Below, in pieces: positions 1 to 12,639 of a stretch of DNA of 64,000 nt (its first letter is position 1; every line of letters begins with the position of its first letter). The notes under the pieces were generated by a model. That model saw only the letters and a program-made list of their open reading frames with translations, was not told the DNA's origin and did no database searches. This DNA is from Lingula anatina (lineage: Eukaryota; Animalia; Brachiopoda). A program made the position numbers and the translations under genes. Location of the stretch: NCBI GenBank assembly GCA_051362555.1, contig CM120644.1, positions 11,058,567-11,122,566 of the forward strand, in the 5' to 3' direction.

Positions 1-558
1 AGAAAGACAAACACCAACAGATGGGGAATTTCATTCTTTTGCTCATTTTGTTCACGAACTAGAATTATAAAAATATGTGTAATGCTCTACACAAAAAGTG
101 TTGGAAAGCCATGGATAAATACTGTATAGTTATGCAAGAACACTCTCTCAAAGTCAGAATTATTCAATTTACAACTAATCTGACACAAATGTTGCAAAGA
201 AAACCATAATGCTGTACACTAGATTTAATTTTTCAACACCAAAATCAAAGAAAATTTCAGTAACTTAAATATAGATATATAAAAGGATTACAATATCTAA
301 AAACTTTCAACAGCAATCTTGAATAGCCATGTTAAACTGTTGCAAATAACCTGCAAGTTATTTTGAAATTTTTCAGGAGTATATACAAAGAAAAAAAGGG
401 AACTCTGTATATACCTAATATGTAAATACAGTTCTTCCAAGCTCCTGCAGTTTTCAAATTGAATGTGATTGCAAGATTTTGCACAAACCAATCATCTCTG
501 ATTACACCGATATTTCTATGTATGACATCAATATATTTTTTAATATGGTGTTAGTAAC

Positions 559-564
559 TTTATT
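559..564 (-). other. Candidate polyadenylation signal AATAAA for ZC3H10
   Basis: Plus-strand TTTATT about 1.1 kb downstream of the stop; the hexamer is common in AT-rich DNA, so weak. Confidence 0.25.
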
Positions 565-688
565 CTTCAAATTATCCTTCTAGCTTTAACGGTCGACCAA
601 ACGGAGATCATTTTTAAGTCACTTTTAATATTATTAACCACGGGTTTTGAAACCAGACATATTCATGAAAATATGTCAGACTCCTTAA

Positions 689-1007
689 AGGGACAACAAC
701 TCTTCATATGAGGTTCAAAATCACACAATTAGTACAATGTGAACAACACAAAGAAATATTAAAAATTCCATTTTACCACCAAAATAACAATAATATATTA
801 TTCTGAAATCTCTACTTGTCATTGAACTGCGCGGACCTTCATAGATGGATACAGGATCAATAACAAAAAAAAAAAAAAAAAAAAAAAGTAACTTTGAATA
901 TTGAAACAGATTCACTAACCATTGTTTAGTATGGAAACAACCTTGTTTACCCTAGGAAAATCTTGATTTATGGCACTTTTTTCACCAAAATGAAGAGTTG
1001 TTTTCCT
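689..1007. mobile_element. Non-autonomous Kolobok-like DNA transposon
   Basis: TTAA on both sides (685-688, 1008-1011); TIR AGGGACAACAACTCTTCAT / ATGAAGAGTTGTTTTCCT; AG..CT termini with TTAA TSD fit Kolobok. Confidence 0.8.
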
Positions 1008-1695
1008 TTAAAATCTAAACTATAAGAAATGGGGGGTCAGTTTTCATAAAGGTATGCTCTAGACTTGAAAATGACGTGTCACAAGATGACCCTTAAAATG
1101 CCAGTAACTAGTGACTGTGGAAACCCAAATAAAAACAAAAAATTTGAAACTTTGGTACACAAGACGTATGTCTATATCCATAGCCTCGTTATAGTACTTT
1201 CACTATAAAGATCATGGTAGATCTGGACAACCATCCCTGTGTTCCACGGCGGAGGCAGTATCCTGGGACATAAGTGCCCCGCATGTGCTGAAAGCATCAC
1301 GCATGCATGTGCAGTAGTGCATTTCACCCATTTGGGATAGTTTCATCAAACTTATGCACTTCTATGTGTATCCAGACATAGTGCTCAGTTCCATGTGTAT
1401 TGACAGTATCCATCTTTTCCAAGTTGGGTCTATTTTGGTTAACATGGTGCTTTATGCCAGATACATGCTCCATTTCCTCTTGATAAGCAGGGTGTTCTGA
1501 TGCTCTTTTAAGTCTGTAAAGAAAAGCAATGAACAGTGGTCAGCTATGTTGCTGCTAAACTAAGAAGTTTTCAGTGAAGTGCTACCAACAAATTCTACTT
1601 CCTGCCAGGTCAATGTGAAGGTCATGTCTCAGTTGCCATGACATCCAAGTCCCTGTAATATGGAATATAAACAAAGATGCACATGTAGCAGCATT

Positions 1696-2943
1696 TCACC
1701 AACGATCTGCAGCGCTGCATGTTACGATGAAGCCATCGTGCGTATTGGGACCACCACTGGGTCCATTCAACTGTCTTGCTGCCCGCTGGACACTCGCGAT
1801 AGTTTGCTGAGCGATGCTGACATTTGTGTTTAGGTTTTGTGGCAGGGACACCGCCATTGACACAGTGGGTGTAGTCCCCTGGGGCAGAGAGCCCTGTCCC
1901 AGAGATACTTGGACCTGAGCCAGGGACACGGGAACAATGGGAGAGTTCATACTGCCGACTGCCGAACCCGATGGGTTGAGGAGCGCTGCCGCTCCCAGAC
2001 TTCCCTGCGGTGCAAGTTCCTGGGCAATACGCTGCTGCAATGCCTGTTGGGACGCGAGTTCGCTGTTGAGAGCTATCTGTTGAGACAGGCTCGCGGTTAA
2101 TGCTGATAAAGCTTGAGCACTAGCAGCCGAACTGGGTCCTACTGCAGGGGTTACTATTGGGGTCATCGCCGGGGTAACTGTCACCAAGGCAGGTGCTGTA
2201 CTCATGTGAACACTATTTGCCTTACTGGCACGAATACGAGCATTTTGCTCCAAAAGAACCTCATTCGTGGCCGATAAATCTGACACCTGCTTCTTTAAAT
2301 CCTCAACTTTACGACGGAGGAGAACGTTTTCCTCAAATAAAGTTTGGTAATCTGGCGTTATGCTGTACCGGTCTAATGTTCTATAACCATTATAATCATC
2401 AAGAGCAACACGTCTACGTTTGGACACATGTTCATATTCAAAACGATCATAGTCGTCAGGGTTATACAACAGTCCATAGCGATCCTCGGGAGGGGTGGTC
2501 CGATCTTGCTTGCGTAATTCAAACACGTAATCTGCCATACTCAGGTGTCTGAATTTACACCTGGTGCGTTTGCATGCACCCTTCAGGTAGTCTTTACAAA
2601 TAGGAATGCTGCCTTTAATAAGGGGTAGCTCATTGGACGTGACGGGTCCAAGCGCAGCTTGCTGCTGGAGGCGCACAGGAAGTTGACCTGCCTGTTTGAA
2701 ATAATCTTCCTCTTCTCGTGTGCAGTGAAGGTACTTGCAGTTGACACGTTCACAGCCAGCATTTTGATAATCGTGGCAAAAGACGTAACTCTGCTTTTTA
2801 CCTAAGTCTTTCGCTTCTTCGCTGCAGGGGTGGTTATACTTGCAACGCTTACCACGCCGGCAAACATTGCGCAGGAAATCTCGACACACATTGTCGTTAC
2901 CATTTTCATTCTCGTTGCTAGTTTCACTGTTTTTGTCAGACAT
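1696..2943 (-). CDS. ZC3H10: Zinc finger CCCH domain-containing protein 10-like (3 CCCH fingers, coiled coil, low-complexity C-terminus); single coding exon
   Basis: 415-aa ORF, good start context GCTGCC-ATG. Fingers CRDFLRNVCRRGKRCKYNH (C-x7-C-x5-C-x3-H), CHDYQNAGCERVNCKYLH and CKDYLKGACKRTRCKFRH (C-x7-C-x4-C-x3-H); basic KRRR; coiled coil EENVLLRRKVEDLKKQVSDLSATNEVLLEQNA closely resembling the conserved ZC3H10 segment as I recall it; A/S/Q/V/P-rich tail. GC content clearly above flanks. Confidence 0.93.
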   Translation of the reverse strand: MSDKNSETSNENENGNDNVCRDFLRNVCRRGKRCKYNHPCSEEAKDLGKKQSYVFCHDYQNAGCERVNCKYLHCTREEEDYFKQAGQLPVRLQQQAALGPVTSNELPLIKGSIPICKDYLKGACKRTRCKFRHLSMADYVFELRKQDRTTPPEDRYGLLYNPDDYDRFEYEHVSKRRRVALDDYNGYRTLDRYSITPDYQTLFEENVLLRRKVEDLKKQVSDLSATNEVLLEQNARIRASKANSVHMSTAPALVTVTPAMTPIVTPAVGPSSAASAQALSALTASLSQQIALNSELASQQALQQRIAQELAPQGSLGAAALLNPSGSAVGSMNSPIVPVSLAQVQVSLGQGSLPQGTTPTVSMAVSLPQNLNTNVSIAQQTIASVQRAARQLNGPSGGPNTHDGFIVTCSAADRW

Positions 2944-3277
2944 GGCAGCACTTTAGTTAGCTATATAACAAGCCAAGAACAATCACATCAAGTTGAAATC
3001 CTAAATCCTCTGCCAAATCAAATTACTCACTCAAAACTGAATATCACAAACTGGTTTTAAGTCATTTCTGACAACTTCATGTGTGTTTGATCATTCCAAT
3101 TATCGCTGCAGGCATCAATGAAAGAGGCCAAATGCTCCGTACGCTCCTGTACGCTTGCTCGCAATATATCGCAGCTGTCTTTATAGTTTAAGTAAATGTC
3201 TCAGTTCAATATATCTCTTCTTCTAATGAGGACTCTGGGGGCACTATCTGTCTTCCAGACCTCCTTTCTTAATAGAC
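2944..3277 (-). other. Putative 5' UTR part of the ZC3H10 terminal exon (3' splice acceptor at 3278-3279)
   Basis: Minus strand reads tgtttttttctcattatag|GTCTATT: polypyrimidine tract plus TAG; sequence between it and the ATG is more GC/CpG-balanced than the upstream intron. Confidence 0.65.
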
Positions 3278-3438
3278 CTATAATGAGAAAAAAACACCGA
3301 TAAATCACAGATGTATTAAGAGATAATTATGTGCAGAGATATCGAGATTTGTTATGGATTTTACTCACATTGTAAGTGTAAGACTTTTCTCTCCCACATT
3401 AAAACAAACCTGCTTAAGAGAGAGAAAGAGACAGGATC

Positions 3439-3596
3439 CAGGGGCAGATCCAGAGATATTATTGACAATCTTCCAAATTATCTTTTTTGATCCATCTTCC
3501 ATTTTTGACCATCTTCCGACAAAAAAAATTAGACACCATCAATAAAAACATGAAAAATTCTGACCGTCTTCCAGAAGACGGCCTCCATCCTCCCTG
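3439..3596 (+). mobile_element. MITE family A copy 1 (hAT-like, CAGGGGCGGATC termini), diverged
   Basis: Aligns by eye with copies at 35923, 42666, 57152; near-TSD ggatc/agatc. Confidence 0.75.
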
Positions 3597-6500
3597 AGAT
3601 CTACTGAAAAGTGATCCAACCATCTCCTCAAAGATACACTTTACATGTACACTGTTACACTTGGACTTCTCTCTTTTACATTTATAATTCACAGCTCGCC
3701 CACTTCATTATTTTCCATGCGTGATATGATTTTCTTATCAAATCAACATTTCAATCATCCAGCTGTACCTTGGACATGCTTTCAACATAGATAAAAGCAA
3801 AAAAGAAAAGAAAATAGAAAAAAAAGCCTGTACTCCATAACATTATAATTGGAATGTTACATGATGATCTTTTATCCATTTGTACTGCTCAACAGTAATT
3901 GGAATAAATAATATGTGTGTCAAATTTTAGGTCAATGAATGGGACAGGACCTCTTACTAAAATGACATGATCCTTGACTTCTTCTGACGCATGTATCCGC
4001 ACATCCTACGTCAGCTTGAATGTACTTTCAGATGCGACTGCAAAAAAACCCCTTTAATTTCATTCAAATAAATGTGCCACCCACATAATCTGATTTGGCT
4101 GGCTAAAGAGGAAAGAGCACCTATTTTGTGGAAAATGCTTTAACCTTGCTTTCCAATTTCAAACTAAAATATGCCAACTTGGTCCAATGAATTTTTCCCC
4201 CCAATTTTGCATTAATTAGGAAATGAGAAAAAATAAAGCAGTCAAATGCTTTAAATTTGATGAGCAATCAAGTTAATTTATTAGATCATAATTCACAAAA
4301 TATTCATGTCCTCTATATTAATTTGTTGTTTTTTAAATTATTTCTTAAAGATTTGTTTAACATTTCTTCACTTCACTCTTTCACAGCAAATGACTGACAG
4401 CAAGCGACCAAAAATAACATATAGTCCAATGGGAGTTAACAAATTGGAATACTGCTGTCCCAGGACTGTGTGTCCATGACCAATTTTTCATAAACAGGAT
4501 GAAGGATCTTGTTCATACAGACACACCGCAAAAGGGGAGAGGTGAAAATGCATGTACTAGTACCAGCTCAAAACAGGAACATGACTGCGCCAGTCAGTCA
4601 TATATAATTATGCTTTATCAATTTCACCCCCTTTACAAGCTAAATGAGACATGCAAAAAAACTGGTCATACAAGATACCACAGATGCATTTAAAAAATAT
4701 TTTCAGAAAAAAAATTCAATTGCTTGATTGAAGCCCATTATCCACTCTTTTCTTTATTTTGCAAACTCCTGTTTGAATACAAAAACCTTTTATCAGATGT
4801 TTGCATGAAAAAAGAAAAAAAAAATTGGTGGGAAAATGAGAAGGTACATATACAAGATATCCATCTGGCCCTTACAAAAGACTAGAAAAAACCCACACCT
4901 CTTCTCACCCTGTCTAGGGGCCTAAATTACCCTCTGAGCAGACCCCAGTCAAACTATTTACAGAACAGATTGTTTACCCTGTCTTTTTTCTATTTTTCTT
5001 ATATCACTTTATTTCTTTATTTCACTTACAGATCCCCCCCCCCCCCCAAAAAAAAAAAAAAATAAATAAATAAATAAAAACTTAAGTTATGACAACCTGT
5101 TGAGATCATTGACACAACTGCCTGGCCCTGCCGACACCAAATTAAGATATCATCTTTCAACTGCGATGACATCTTTTGTAAATGTTATCATAATGCAGAT
5201 CTGCCAAACAACAAAAAACTGGATGTTTAAAAAAATTTAAACAGCACTGATTGATAAACATTTGCCTAGTAGTTCATTGTATTTACTAGTAATCTTAAAT
5301 AGATCAAGAAAGATTTATCTCATACTGCAGGGTATATTACCTCTTCAAACATCCCCTCTAGATTTTCTGCAACCTAAGTACTCCAGTTTGGAATAATAAA
5401 GTGTAACTTTTTTTGTATACAAAGACCAACTAGACTAAACTACATTCATCAAACCAATCATCTAAACTTTATAAAATATGTATGTATGGCCATATGGTGC
5501 AGACTTGAGTTATAAAAGATGAAAAGCTAGGGAAAATGGAGATACACCAGAACAAATACCAATCCTTTTCTGTTAATTGATCAAACATATTAAGCTCTGT
5601 CAATCCAATGTAATATTTTTTCCACAGAATTGTAACAAATTAACATACAAAGAAAAAAAAAACATCTCTCGTTCTATGCAACAAATAAAATATAATCCCT
5701 GTATCCTCTCAGCTCTTTTTGTGCATAGACATGGATAGGTGCACCCACACACATTCACTTAGACCTTTCTGAGAGAGAGAGAGAGAGAGAGATAAAAATC
5801 AAGATTCTTCAAAGTTAGCAAAACGTAACTTCACTCTAATCATATAAACATTTACACCAGTTTCAACTCTCCAGAAAATTTCTACTTTCAAAAGAACTCT
5901 AACCTGGCGAGTGCAGACAACCCGCATCATATATACAACAGCACTGCTTGCACATGTAGCAATAACCAACCACAAACAACAGGCGGAGATCAGAGAAAAA
6001 CTGCCATATGCCCCAAAGACTGAGTAAACTGAGGGAATTTCTAAAATGTGCTACTGGCGGTTTCTAATGTCCTTGGTATTGGGATAAAAAAACTTACATT
6101 TCCCTCCCCTTTTTTGTCTTTCCTTTTTTCGCTTTTCATATTTCAGAGGATCTTATCACTGCAAACCAATGGGTTGTAATTTCCCCATCCTCTTCAATTT
6201 TCTAAAAATACGTGTTTGTTCTTTATGTAAAAGTATTACCCTTTATTCAACAAAGTATCCACATAGAAACATTTTTAAGCTGTATCCAATAACATGATGC
6301 ATGTGTTTTTCCTGCTTCTAATCAAGCACTGTCAGAAAACCCCACAAGGATGTTTTTTTATTATATATTTCCCTATCCTAGGCTTGGGTAATCAATAAGT
6401 AATTATTGTGACTTGTGATCTGTTACAAAATATCATTAGCTATCACTGCTTGCGTTCAGTTTACAGTGTATGTTCCAAAGTTAAACGAAGAGCAGACGTC

Positions 6501-9500
6501 ATAACGAGTCATCCAGAAACATAACATCTGTAAGCCAGGTGGGTTATTCTGTACAAATAGCATGCAAGGCTAAGAGCAGGGACAGAGCGTACTCTTAATG
6601 AAGTAGAACACCTCCCCCCACATCCTCCCTCTTCAGTTTCCTTCACTGAAATTCATTTTATTTTTATACATTTGAAAATCTCTCATAAAATTCCAGGGTT
6701 GTGAACTTCAGGCATTAACCCATTTTTCTATTCATCATGTATTTTTTTTTTATCAAGTGTCACTCTTTTGATCATAAAATTGGAGTATAGTTATCATCCT
6801 TGAAATTCAGCCATATAAAGGAGGTTATTTTTAAAAATTAAATTAATAAAAGAAATGAAGAAATGAATAAAAAGTTTTTCTTATGTTTGTTACTGGAGAG
6901 AAAGTGTCATATTAAGAATATCAATCCAATCCTTAAACCACTTGCTTCAGTTACCTCAGTATACAACTTTACTGAGGAGAAAGTTATTGTAAATTTGTAG
7001 TAAGCACTGATGTGAAAGAATAATTTTTACCCATGCCCTCTCCTCTCCTCCCAACACATGCACGCACGCACATATACACATGCCCACAAACACACACATG
7101 CACACACAAAATATTTTGGATTGGTTCATGTACAGTTAAACCTTATAAAGCTTCCTGGTTATACCACATCATGACAGAGGGAATGTACTCAGTCACCATC
7201 AGCCTTTGGTTCCTGTCAGTAATCAAACACAACGTGGGCCTAATTCAATGAAATCCGCTCTTAATTTGCCCAACAGGTTACATAAAACACTGAGTTACAT
7301 AAAACACAACTTCCCCTTACAATGACAGGTTTCCACTAACCAGCAAGCTCTAATCCTGAAAGTTTAAGATGAATTTGCGTTTACTTTTCAATATGGCAGT
7401 GTGTAAACAAACTTTTGAATGATTGAGTAACTGGGTATTATGAAACTAATCAGTATCCTTTCATACACTGACCCAATTTAAAAAGATTATATCTCATTTT
7501 TTTTTTTTTTTTTTGGACAGGACAACTATCTTTGATAACAAAATTCATGAATCACTTTACTTCCCTAACGGCCATCCTTAATACTAAAACAGCTTCAGCT
7601 TAAGCGAATGTGAATGCATACAAGCCCTGAAAACTAACAAAAAAGTTTGAAAACTGTAATTTCTTGCCAACACTCTCAGTATGTTGCAAATTATCTCCCT
7701 CGTTATTATCAAATAACTCAAACAGAAAACATCCTGCAAAAAATCTCAAACGACGGAAAACGTGTTGCTAAAACACAGTCGAGACTTCCCCAATTTGCGT
7801 ACTACGTGAAGTTACACAGGTCTGCATGTACACTCACCTTGTACTACACACAACATCAAAACCTCACGTCATGTAAAATTCTGCAATAGGAACATCGACC
7901 CCAAAATTTACTACGTATATCATGGTACTCTTGGCAAACTTACATGCCTATGTCCTGTATTACACTAGAAATGAATAGAGTACAGCACCTAATACAACCT
8001 GATTACCTTTTCCAAATACTTTTTTTTTATGCCACAACTATGTGGGAACATGTGTACTGCAAGTGTCATGCCAGCAGAGGCCTCCTTACATCTGGTGATG
8101 AACACAAATGAAAAGCAGGAAACTTTGAGATTGAGATCGTTCAGCAAGGTTTTATGATATAAATGTAGTAAAAAAAAAAAAAAAAAATGAGCGGGTACCC
8201 GTGGCATGAGAATGATGTGAATGTTATACAAGTCTTGCTAATTACTGGCAATCAATGCAAATCATCAGTTTAACACTGAAAAAGCTGTCATCAAAATTAT
8301 ACTTTTTAAGTAATTTTATCTCAAATTTGTGTCTTAAACCTCAAATCATTATTTTGGTATCCCATTAGAAAATAATTTTGAGCGAAGATGAGAAATCAAG
8401 TACAACCGATTCCTACATTACCTTATACTGTGACCAAAGCTGACACTCTCCTTCTGCTTTTAAGCAAAAATGCCCCAATGTTCATAATTACGATGTTCAT
8501 ATTCCCAGTCCACATAAGAGCACATACATTTACAGGCGGCTATGAGTCTTACGCCAAGCCTTGCTGAACTTTAGCTGGCGGTGGAAACAATGAACTAATT
8601 GCTCAGTGGGCAGTTCTGGTACAGAGGCATCTATCATTAAGTGGTCAGTCTGTGAATGCCCATTGATCATCTTCCAATGGTCAGACACAATAGCACAGGT
8701 TGGTCAGTTAGCTACAGTTGGCCTCCAGCTACTTATTCTCTCACGGTCAACAATTCAGTGACCACATTGTCGGTTTAACTGTTTCTGTCTCTCATTTACA
8801 AGGAATTTCAGATAAGAGAGACAATAGTTAAAGCTACCAGGTACAGTGTGCTCCTAAAAACTAGACAATTTTCCTATAGAAAGAGTCAAGTGTAGGTACC
8901 ACCCCTGATCACTCTTAACAATACTGCTAACCTGTAATTACAGCAATTACTGAATTGTCTGTCCAAAAGGTAAGTTGGTCACGAGCGAGGTAACTTCGGA
9001 CACCAATATTTAACTTGATATCTGTACATTTTGTTGACCTCCTCTACTTGTTTACTGGACAGAAACAGTAAGACTTTAACAACAATGTGTCACCACTCTC
9101 CTACAGCAATCTTTACCATTACACAGAGAATATTAAGCATAGAAAGACAAAATGATGAACAAAGAAAATATCTTTAGACAATGTGTAATTATCAAAGTCA
9201 ACCAATATTCAAAATAAAGTTTTTCAAAAAATTTTGTTCATCATGTAAAAGACTGACAATGGCAATTTTACTCACACATATTTTTCATTTGCTTTGACTG
9301 CTCATTCCAATACAGTAAATTCCAGACAAACGCTGTACGCATTCTACTTTGGCAGAGGAAATGGAATGTAAAATACTGGAATAATTTTTCGGTTATACTT
9401 ATGACTGATAAAATTCACATATTTGTTTTGGATACAAAAAATATCTTGAAATCATCCCAAAGTGACTTTCATTAACTACATATCAAAATAAAATGGGAAG

Positions 9501-10121
9501 AAAACCACATCTAGGTATCAATTTTCTTTAGCTCATGCACTCTTTTTTCTCCAATGTCTGATGGTCTTTGTGCATGAATTGTTGAGTGTGTAACAAAAGA
9601 AAATACCAATTTATCCATCAATTTATCTTTTATGCTTTCATCACTTCTGCCATTTTGTAATTTCCAATGCTATTTTCATTACCTTAATGGATTTACTTTT
9701 GTGTCTATAAAATGATGAACAACCAAATTCCGCCAACAAAAATACTGTTAAACTGAATCACAAAGAACTAAATTTGGAGTGTCAAATTTGTCTAGGTTGA
9801 CATGTTGGCAATGGTCTGTAGGCACTAACACGTTTATTGTTAGAAAACCTCATTAGGACTTAAGCATTACATCAACAACAAGTCCATTAAGCCTGAAGCC
9901 TCGATTACCTTTGAGAGAAGATTGTAGATGATTATTCTCCAACCAAGTATATTTGGTAACATCCTCATTGGATACGGTTTCAATGCTTGCCACTGGCTAT
10001 CGGGGGATCGAGTACTATCACCGCACTTACGACAAAAAATATGTTGTAGCTTTCCAGTCAAGGGGCAGGTGCTTCTCCCTAGACAACAGAGACAAGGGAC
10101 TGCAATCCAGCTCCCTCTTTT

Positions 10122-10393
10122 GGGACATTCAGAATAGATGATCCGAGTACTAACTGATCCACTGACTAAATATGGCCGACCCCACTTCAAAAGTGATGCC
10201 ACTAATTCCATGATGGTTTCCTCACCTCCACACACGCCATTTACGGATTAAATCTTGGCTAGACCCCTGCAGTGATGGCCCATGCGGGGGCGGGGAGACC
10301 GCCATGAAATTAGTGGCATCCCTTTTGAAGTGGGGTCGGCCATATTTATTCGGCGGATCAGTTAGTACTCGGAACAGCTATACTGAATGGCCC
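10122..10393. mobile_element. Palindromic MITE with ~100-bp inverted arms
   Basis: cattcag..ccgagtactaactgatcc..aaatatggccgaccccacttcaaaag..gatgccactaatt mirrored by aattagtggcatc..cttttgaagtggggtcggccatattt..ggatcagttagtactcgg..ctgaatg; explains the twin ORFs 9867-10235 and 10304-10531. Confidence 0.85.
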
Positions 10394-10415
10394 CTTTGTC
10401 TAGAATTTCAACTAA

Positions 10416-10663
10416 GGCCACATTCCCATAGACACTATTGGTCTACATGGATCCACTTAACTCTGTGGCAACTCTTGCTTATTGCAATCAGTGTAACTGA
10501 ATTAAATGCCTCCTCCTGCCTTTATGTATAATACAGAAAAGTTGGTGAGTATTTGAGTATGTTGGAAACAAGAAGAGGCATGTCAATCAGTAAACCTGCA
10601 TTTCGTACGTCCCCAGAGATTTGGGTTGATCTACGTATGTAGACTGATATTGCCTATGGGGTC
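10416..10663 (+). mobile_element. MITE family B relative, old copy
   Basis: TAA|GGCCACATTCCCATAGA ... ATGGGGTC|TAA termini; internal ccccagagatttgggttgatcta. Confidence 0.6.
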
Positions 10664-12492
10664 TAAAACATTTTGTACTAAAACCGTGGTGAACGCAGCC
10701 TTATATGATCACCCATTATACCATACTGTAATAGCATCACTGGATTCAATTAAAAAGCCTGCTACCAGCTATAGTCCTAAGGATCTTAGATAACCTTTTG
10801 CGTGTTCATTATCTTTGATACAAAAGAAAATTAATCCAATGGTTTAGTTTTGCTGGAAGTCGGCCATAAAATGCATCAATAGCCCTGATTCACTGGGATG
10901 AAAATAAACTGACAACACACATCATAAGTAGAGACAATGTAATAGCAATTGATAAATGGTAGTAGAAATAATAAATGGTATAAAGTTTGCACCTGAAAAT
11001 CTTTCAAAGGAAAACGACGGAAAGTAAAAAGGATGAGAGGGAGTGTTAAAACTCCATTGGGAATGTTATCCTTTTCTCTTAAATCCACAGATCTTTATAC
11101 ATGAGTCAAATTGTAAGTGAGAGGGTAAGCTACAATGTACATATTCTTTATTAGAGCACTACCAGTACTCAATCATCCTTAGCTTCTCTTTATCATAGCT
11201 TCTCCAGTAACATGTTTTTCAAACAAACAGACAAATTACAAATGGGATTCCTTTTTGTGACTGAGGAAACCTCCCATGGCTTGCTACAATACACCATCTT
11301 AACTTCATTTCTAATCAATCTTTAAAACCTCTTTGACATAAACATACTGTATTTCATTCACAAAACCTTCCAAACTGAAGCCTCCTTGCCTTAGCGTGAC
11401 CGCCGCTGCGCCTGGTGCTACCGAGCCATGTCTTCCATAGCCTTCCCTCATTACATTCAATTAACTCAGACATTGAGTAATTCTTTGGGGGGAAGCAAAA
11501 AGCAGATTATACCTCAAGAAAAACAAAACTTCTCCACTGAGCATTCAAACACGGAGTAATGTCATCTGGCTAGCTCCCAAGGTCAAGGTCAACTGGTTTC
11601 TGGATTTGGTGATCATAATGTTGGCTCGGAATTTGGCTGGTTGCACAACTAGAGAGCATGTGCTGCACCTTCGAATAATTGATCATTAGCATAGTGCAAA
11701 AGCTGGCATGGAGGGAACACATTCCAACCAAATGAGTAAAAAAAAATCAATATCTCAATTTATTATATGATAAACCAACCAAGGTCTTGTCAGTTATTTA
11801 GTGATATCTTTAAATAGTCCGACTATCTAGCCAGTCAGCCAGTCAGTTAGCTGGCCAGTCAGTCCAATCACTTAGTCCAAAAGTCAGCAAGTCCATAATA
11901 AAGAACAAATGCCATTTGTTAAAATCAAGAAATATTTACCTATTATCTACGGCCTCTATTCCAGAATTATACTTACATCTCCAAGCAAACTTATTTTACA
12001 GTAACCAATAGAAATTTGCCACAACGCACCCTTCCACTCTTTACCTAAATGTAAACTTGGATGTAAACTCGAAGCAAAATAAGCCATAACTGTATTAAGT
12101 CTTTGACCTAATGTTTTGCTGAGGGCATGTATTGAACTAAACGGCCAGACTGATAACAAATAGCCTAAATAACCGACAATATAATCAACTTTATATGCGA
12201 AGGTCTGTTTACAGTTCTCATTTTGGATCCCCTTCTTGGGAAGGGTCCAGCACAAACCAGATTACAGCTGGGGGGGAAAAATAGGAGAATCAAATCAATA
12301 AAATATATTGCCAAGTTAAAGCTGTTCAATTTGAATTAAAAAGGCAGGTCTGTGGCACGGAGATAAACACGGCTAATTATTCCAGTGGGGGTGGTAATTG
12401 CCTCCATTTTAGCGAGAATCGAGTGAACATTCAGTGGGTGCAAGGTTACACTACTGGCAGGCAATGCGTGTAACATATATCCAGAAACTCTG

Positions 12493-12639
12493 GGCTCCAT
12501 AACTTGAAAGCATCGCGAATTGCGAATCACCTTTTAAATCGGGGCAATTAGGGCCTATATGGGGCGAGTAAATCCTGAGTTATGGAACAGAGACGCTTGC
12601 GCTCGATCGCAATTTGCGATGCTTTTGAGTTACGGGGCC
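12493..12639. mobile_element. MITE with CTG TSD (PIF/Harbinger-superfamily-like, CWG target)
   Basis: ~35-bp arms ggctccataacttgaaagcatcgcgaattgcga / tcgcaatttgcgatgcttttgagttacggggcc, CTG on both sides. Confidence 0.75.

Noticed and set aside
1909-3060. Plus-strand ORFs of 63-119 aa overlapping ZC3H10
   Set aside because: Antisense shadow frames of a GC-richer CDS, with non-ATG starts.
9362-9380. TGGAATGTAAA resembling miR-1
   Set aside because: Match stops after 11 nt and I see no precursor hairpin.
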